From Fibrobacterales bacterium (GTDB lineage Bacteria; Fibrobacterota; Fibrobacteria; Fibrobacterales; JAOPTW01), in NCBI GenBank assembly GCA_051532055.1, contig JAOPTX010000032.1, positions 64,001 to 128,000 of the forward strand: a stretch of DNA of 64,000 nucleotides, written 5' to 3'. Made by a program: the position numbers and the translations under genes. Positions 58,879 to 64,000 of this stretch are shown here, piece by piece. Numbering within the stretch: the stretch's first letter is position 1; the number at the start of each line of letters is the position of its first letter. The notes below the pieces were generated by a model, which worked only from the letters and a program-made list of their open reading frames with translations, made no database searches and was not told where the DNA came from.

Positions 58879-59514
58879 TTACGCTTCTAAAGCTGATATA
58901 ATTCTTCCAAAAACTTCTTCAATCTCACCTGTAGCATCAATTTTGAAGAGATTTCCATTTTGCTCAAACCAATTGAGTACCGGCTTAGTTTCTTCATGAT
59001 ATGCTGACAAACGTTGACGAATCGCTGTTTCATTGTCATCAGCACGTTGTACGAGCTCTGCGCCACAGCCATTACATTTATTTTCAGTAGGTACATTAAT
59101 TAGATTATGCTCCATACCACATGATGGACATTTTTTACGAGCAAGCATACGTTGTACCACTTGTTCTTCATCTTCAATATCGAGATAAATACATCCATCA
59201 ACCTGATAATTCTCGAGTAACCAAGCGCGTTGTGCTTCATTTCTTGGGAAACCATCAAGAAGAAAGCCTTTTTTAGGATCTAGAGAATCCAATTTATCGG
59301 AAAGAATGCCTTTTACAGTATCATCAGATACCAATTTCCCTGATTGCATAGCCTCTTTAGCAACTTTACCATGTTCAGTTCCATTCTCAACATTCCAACG
59401 GAGTAAATCTCCAACACCAATAAACTCAAGATCAAGTTTTTCTACAAGTTTTGCAGCTTGGGTGCCTTTTCCGCTCCCTTGAATACCAGCAATAGCCAAC
59501 TTTTTGTTCATCAT
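58879..59514 (-). CDS. adk: Adenylate kinase (zinc-lid type)
   Basis: GIQGSGKGTQA, GDLLR, LDGFPRN, CPSC...CNGC lid, QRADD. The ORF track starts at 59616; likely start MMNKK. Confidence 0.9.
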   Translation of the reverse strand: MMNKKLAIAGIQGSGKGTQAAKLVEKLDLEFIGVGDLLRWNVENGTEHGKVAKEAMQSGKLVSDDTVKGILSDKLDSLDPKKGFLLDGFPRNEAQRAWLLENYQVDGCIYLDIEDEEQVVQRMLARKKCPSCGMEHNLINVPTENKCNGCGAELVQRADDNETAIRQRLSAYHEETKPVLNWFEQNGNLFKIDATGEIEEVFGRIISALEA

Positions 59515-59829
59515 ATCATTCCCGAAAATTTTCTGTGAGCCAAATATAACAATTGGAGTGCCATTCTTCACTGGCTTACAGTCAAATTGACTTCTCAGCC
59601 CTACAAACAAGACCAAAGTACTCTATACGGCTCATTTTTGCACTTTTCATCAATGAATACTGATTTTTTGTGAACAGCTTAGCATCAGTTATTACATAAA
59701 CTCGCCTAAATACATGAATAAATTACTGTTACGCACCATACCTTTATGTAATTTGTACAAATAGAGATACACTTTCGGGGAGCTACACACATGAGGGCTC
59801 ATACACCCCCCGAAACATATGGAGATATT

Positions 59830-60726
59830 ATGAAAAAACTACTCATTGCACCAGCAATTTTAGCAACACTTCTCATGGTTTCGTGCGCTTCTGACGCACC
59901 AACCGGCAGCGAATCGAGCGACGACCTAAAAGTCAACCTCAATACTAGCTCAGATCAAGGCGCATCATCTGATGAGGCCGTATCATCTGACGAAGTTTCT
60001 TCGGAAAGCACACCAAGTGAACCTGAAGAGTCTTCGAGCTCAGAGCCTGAAGATGGGTCTTCCGACGCAGATTCGTCAAGTGAAGCTGATGATTCTTCAG
60101 AGGCAAATGACGACTCATCTGAAGAAGCAAGCTCATCATCTGAAGATATTTTGGCAACAAGAGATGCTCTAGCCGATGCATTTGCAGAAGTTGAATCTAC
60201 TGTAGATGGCTCAGCTTTTGTTCTTTTTGATGCAGACGTCCCTCAGGATATTATGATCCAGACCTATCAAAAGCCAACACTTATAGTTGATGATGTGTTC
60301 TCGTATGAAGCAACTCGAACCACCGCAAGCGGATGGTTTATCGCAGACTCTAATGCATCAGAAACAGTTTTTGACCTGACAGGCAAAACAGTATTTACTT
60401 TTGTTTACCAAGCTGACGCAACCTTTGATATCCGCATTATGTGGGGTGCTGAGCCAGATGGGTATAACGAATGGGGGCCTTATTGGTCTGAGGCTGATTA
60501 TGCAGATCGCCCTGGCGGAGCGCTCCTTTTTGAAGGCGTCTCCAAATCTACAACCCCCAAGGAACTCTCTATCGACTTAGAAGACATGACTGACCCAGGG
60601 TATCTTGATGCAGTAAATAACTTCGAGTACACCGGTGACCCAATGTTTGATCCATCAAAAGTATGGCAAATAGTAATTCAAAACACTAAAGGCCCTATAC
60701 ACTTTACAAAAATACGATTCGAATAA
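59830..60726 (+). CDS. Ser/Asp/Glu-rich linker lipoprotein with beta-sandwich (CBM-like) C-terminus
   Basis: GGAG RBS; MKKLL...MVSC lipobox; long SSE/SSD linker. C-terminal fold is a guess. Confidence 0.7.
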   Translation: MKKLLIAPAILATLLMVSCASDAPTGSESSDDLKVNLNTSSDQGASSDEAVSSDEVSSESTPSEPEESSSSEPEDGSSDADSSSEADDSSEANDDSSEEASSSSEDILATRDALADAFAEVESTVDGSAFVLFDADVPQDIMIQTYQKPTLIVDDVFSYEATRTTASGWFIADSNASETVFDLTGKTVFTFVYQADATFDIRIMWGAEPDGYNEWGPYWSEADYADRPGGALLFEGVSKSTTPKELSIDLEDMTDPGYLDAVNNFEYTGDPMFDPSKVWQIVIQNTKGPIHFTKIRFE

Positions 60727-60748
60727 ATAACGCTCTACAATAGACTTT

Positions 60749-60776
60749 AGGCCCCTCATTTGAGGGGCCTTTTTTT
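60749..60776 (+). terminator. Intrinsic terminator
   Basis: AGGCCCCTC-attt-GAGGGGCCT followed by a T-run. Confidence 0.88.
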
Positions 60777-60888
60777 ATTTCTCTTTGTACGCGCACAAAC
60801 AGTCAAGTAATGTCCATCGCATACTTTTCTTGTCAAGAACCAATAAGAATATATATTTACCCTACACCGACTCCATCAGGAATACACA

Positions 60889-62037
60889 ATGAAACAATTG
60901 CTCATCTATGCCCTCATTTTCTCCGCGCTATCTGTTCTCATTTCCTGCGCCAGAGATACCGTTTCAAGTGGTACTGTCTACGGTATGGAGTCATCGGCGA
61001 GTTCTGCTCAACAGCCCTCTTCATCAATTGATTCTGTCGACGTTTCCACTAACCCAGACGCCACCTCATCATCCAACACCCAAGAAACACTTCCCTCTTC
61101 TCACGATCAAAACCAGACCTCATCAGACTCCCAAAGTACACCCTACTCTTCTCAAACTCATAATACAACGTCTTCAACAGATGCATCGACCCCTTCTTCA
61201 AGCATCAATAATTCAGCGGTGAACAATTCATCAAGTGAAAGTGAACCACCTGCGAGTAGTAGTAATGGTACAGTAGCTGGCGAACCTGATAGAATTAACA
61301 CCTTTGTCAGCGGAGACATTGAACATATCTATGGTAAAGGAACCACTCCGGATTCAAGTAAAATACTCAATGGTGCAACAAGCCTCCTAAAAGAGAACCG
61401 CTATTTTGACCCACAAGGCGCCCTCAAACATTGGGACCAGTATGACCCCACTAGTACCTACATCAAAACAACTCAACTATCGACTGATGGCGTCATTAGA
61501 CAAGTGACCCAGTGGTACGGGCCTGACTCTCTTGATTACATTCAAAATAGAGACACAAACTCCAAACCAACTGACCTTACAAAATACGAAAACAATAAGA
61601 AAGTAACGGTTCAATACTATAACCCTGCAGAACAGATCACTTCACAAATACAGTTCGACTCATTTGAAATCAAAAACGCAGAAATCAATTTTATAAACGG
61701 TATTAAAAGTGAGCGTGCCGATTTTTTAAGTGATGGAATCACTCGAGCAACATACACCACTTATGACGATTCAGGCATTGTTGCACAACAAACATCGTAC
61801 CATCCTGATGGCACTACTCTTAAAACAGTTAGTAACTATATTCCAAATAGTTCTGGAAGTCAAATGACCCTTCAAAAGTCATATGACACATCTGGAAAGA
61901 TTACCTTAGAACACCACTTTCATGCAGAGGGCTGGGAAGAAACACAAATTCAATATGACTATGGGCGAGATTTAAAAGTGGTTATCACTCTTAATGCTGC
62001 AGGTGAAATTGTGAACAGTATAGAGGTTGGGCCTTAA
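60889..62037 (+). CDS. Ser/Thr-rich linker lipoprotein with beta-repeat C-terminus
   Basis: Lipobox LISC; Ser-rich linker; repeated Y(D/H/N)xxG turns. Confidence 0.7.
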   Translation: MKQLLIYALIFSALSVLISCARDTVSSGTVYGMESSASSAQQPSSSIDSVDVSTNPDATSSSNTQETLPSSHDQNQTSSDSQSTPYSSQTHNTTSSTDASTPSSSINNSAVNNSSSESEPPASSSNGTVAGEPDRINTFVSGDIEHIYGKGTTPDSSKILNGATSLLKENRYFDPQGALKHWDQYDPTSTYIKTTQLSTDGVIRQVTQWYGPDSLDYIQNRDTNSKPTDLTKYENNKKVTVQYYNPAEQITSQIQFDSFEIKNAEINFINGIKSERADFLSDGITRATYTTYDDSGIVAQQTSYHPDGTTLKTVSNYIPNSSGSQMTLQKSYDTSGKITLEHHFHAEGWEETQIQYDYGRDLKVVITLNAAGEIVNSIEVGP

Positions 62038-64000
62038 TCAGGCCGCCCCATGAAGGTCATTTCTATCAAATCAGCCATATCAGAACCATTAACTGCAGAA
62101 ATGCAGATTCTATAATATTGATACTCCCCTGGCTGATTTAAGACAAAAGTCAACTCAGTCGATTTAAACCCTATATCAATCCAATCAACATCTACCACAA
62201 TATTGGACCGGGTATCAACTGTGGTCCAGTCTGCATTAGCAATATCATCAGTTACTTTAACACTTGAAGAATTTGCTCCCTGTAAAATCCAATCTTTTGG
62301 AAGCCTATCGTTAAGAGACTCATAGCGTCCACGGAGCACATATTCTAAAACTTTCTGCTGAGTATCAAAAGCATACATCACATTTGCTGTACCTGTACTT
62401 ATTACCGTGAAGTCCACTTCCGACCCTGATCCCCACTGAGTCCAGTTAGAAGCACCATCAAAAAGTTTCCACGTTGCAAACCTAGAATCGCTAGTTATGG
62501 TATTAGTAGATACTCTATCATGATCTATCTCTGTTGTAGGTATAGTGATATTTTGAATAGGTTCCTCCATAAGGCTAATCTCTATAATATCTACCAATGA
62601 TGAGCCATTCACTTCTTGTACACACAGTCTATAGATTAAATAATCAGCGGGCTTATCCACTGTGAATGCAATGGTGTCGTAACCAGTAGAAGACTGCCAC
62701 TCATCATTAGTATCAATGGAAAATTGAGTATCAATAGTAGTCCATGTACTGACATCAACTGCATCTTCTACAGCAACAGTTTCATCATTGGACCCCTGGA
62801 GAACCCATTTTTTAGGAAGGCGATCTTTTAATGTATCATACCGACCCATGATCCGATACTCTTTAATTCGTTTTGTTTCACCAAACCGGTACATATTATT
62901 TGCCGTTGAACCCACTGTGTCAAATGCATTTGTTGAAACCCAAGCCTTATCCATATCAAACTCTCTGTCAAAAGCCAGCCAGCCAGGATATGACGCATTA
63001 TATATTGAAGTTGTCGTAACCTCAATTGACCCCTGACTAGCGGCAACCATAGAATCAGTTGCAACAACAAGTGAAGTATCTATTATGGAAGGAAGGGCCC
63101 CTCTCATCACAGACTCAGAGGACGATGACACAATCACTAACGAAGAGGATGATACAATAACCGATGAAGAAATAACTATTTCTGGTTCAGAAGAACTCGA
63201 AGAGAGAGGAGTGACACTCGACAAGAGAGAATCACCACTCGCCGTGTCGACAATTGCTGTATCAACGACTATCAAATCATCTGCTGAAGATAGCAGAATA
63301 GGATCCTTATCAACCTGCTGCACAACTGAACTCAATAGTGCTGCCGAAGAACTTTGGCCCAAAGAATCTCCAGCGTCCGAACTACTCGGTACTATTACTT
63401 TCGATGATGAAAGCATAACGCTTGAAGACGAGAGCACCGCCTCTGAAGATGAAAAATCAAATACGATCTCACCATAACTCGACAATCCACTTGAAATAGG
63501 GTCGGGACGAGCAATACACACACTATTTGTCCAATCAAATACCTGAGTAGCACTACACTCCCGAGCGAGATCGAGAGATTCAACACATTTAAGCGTATCA
63601 CCCATTGGGCAGCCATAAGAGTAGGCTTCAATAATTTTTATAGAGACCGTATCAATCATCTCTTTTCCGTGGTCTACAACAAGCTCATCAACCGTAAACT
63701 CTTCTGCAAGTCCCGTACTCTCGTCACTGGTAATTTTAAATACGATTTCATATTCGCCCTCAGGCATATTTGGAATAACTACTGCACCATTTAAATCACG
63801 CACATAGCGAACCGGCTTACCCGAGACCATCACCTCAACAGTCACCGTAGGGTCTTCTGTTATCTGAAATACAACATCTTTTGCAGGCTTCAATGAAACA
63901 GTACTATCAGAATCGCTCTTATGAGTAAGAGAATCTATCCATACTGAAAAAGCCTCAGTACCCTCATGCCATTCAGCGGTCATAAAATAGTGAGCTGTTG
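62034..64000 (-). CDS. Ser-rich protein with two tandem discoidin/F5-8-type-C-like domains, partial (starts beyond the window)
   Basis: Frame open to 64000; duplicated unit Y...GRY..L.DRLPK.W.LQG.N...WTT.DT...Y..YR.C...VNGS. Confidence 0.7.
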   Translation of the reverse strand, partial: TAHYFMTAEWHEGTEAFSVWIDSLTHKSDSDSTVSLKPAKDVVFQITEDPTVTVEVMVSGKPVRYVRDLNGAVVIPNMPEGEYEIVFKITSDESTGLAEEFTVDELVVDHGKEMIDTVSIKIIEAYSYGCPMGDTLKCVESLDLARECSATQVFDWTNSVCIARPDPISSGLSSYGEIVFDFSSSEAVLSSSSVMLSSSKVIVPSSSDAGDSLGQSSSAALLSSVVQQVDKDPILLSSADDLIVVDTAIVDTASGDSLLSSVTPLSSSSSEPEIVISSSVIVSSSSLVIVSSSSESVMRGALPSIIDTSLVVATDSMVAASQGSIEVTTTSIYNASYPGWLAFDREFDMDKAWVSTNAFDTVGSTANNMYRFGETKRIKEYRIMGRYDTLKDRLPKKWVLQGSNDETVAVEDAVDVSTWTTIDTQFSIDTNDEWQSSTGYDTIAFTVDKPADYLIYRLCVQEVNGSSLVDIIEISLMEEPIQNITIPTTEIDHDRVSTNTITSDSRFATWKLFDGASNWTQWGSGSEVDFTVISTGTANVMYAFDTQQKVLEYVLRGRYESLNDRLPKDWILQGANSSSVKVTDDIANADWTTVDTRSNIVVDVDWIDIGFKSTELTFVLNQPGEYQYYRICISAVNGSDMADLIEMTFMGRPD

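Overview
Low-GC bacterial chromosome segment, most likely from a Fibrobacterota member. This is inferred from many lipoproteins with poly-Ser linkers, a Fib_succ_major/FISUMP domain, Fibrobacter-type T9SS-like C-termini and a fused SecDF. Bases 1-26 kb are mostly housekeeping genes (rapA, galT, panB, recO, large TPR protein, HIT, secDF). They include a three-gene histidine kinase cluster in which two of the three kinases look catalytically dead, one with His->Tyr at the phosphoacceptor. Bases 27-58 kb form an accessory cell-surface region ending at tRNA-His. It contains a candidate polymorphic toxin (OmpA + PG-binding + TTR-like + Gly-rich beta C-terminus) with an overlapping exported MORN-repeat immunity gene and a perfect CRP-type box upstream, plus hipBA and an orphan truncated higA. 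It also holds two CotH-family kinases (one with degenerate catalytic motifs), a large GLUG/cadherin adhesin, and four lipoproteins sharing an unnamed N-terminal domain with interchangeable C-terminal heads. Several genes in this region are compositional mosaics. No CRISPR array, integrase, transposase or reverse transcriptase was seen. All assignments are by-eye motif recognition; no searches were run.
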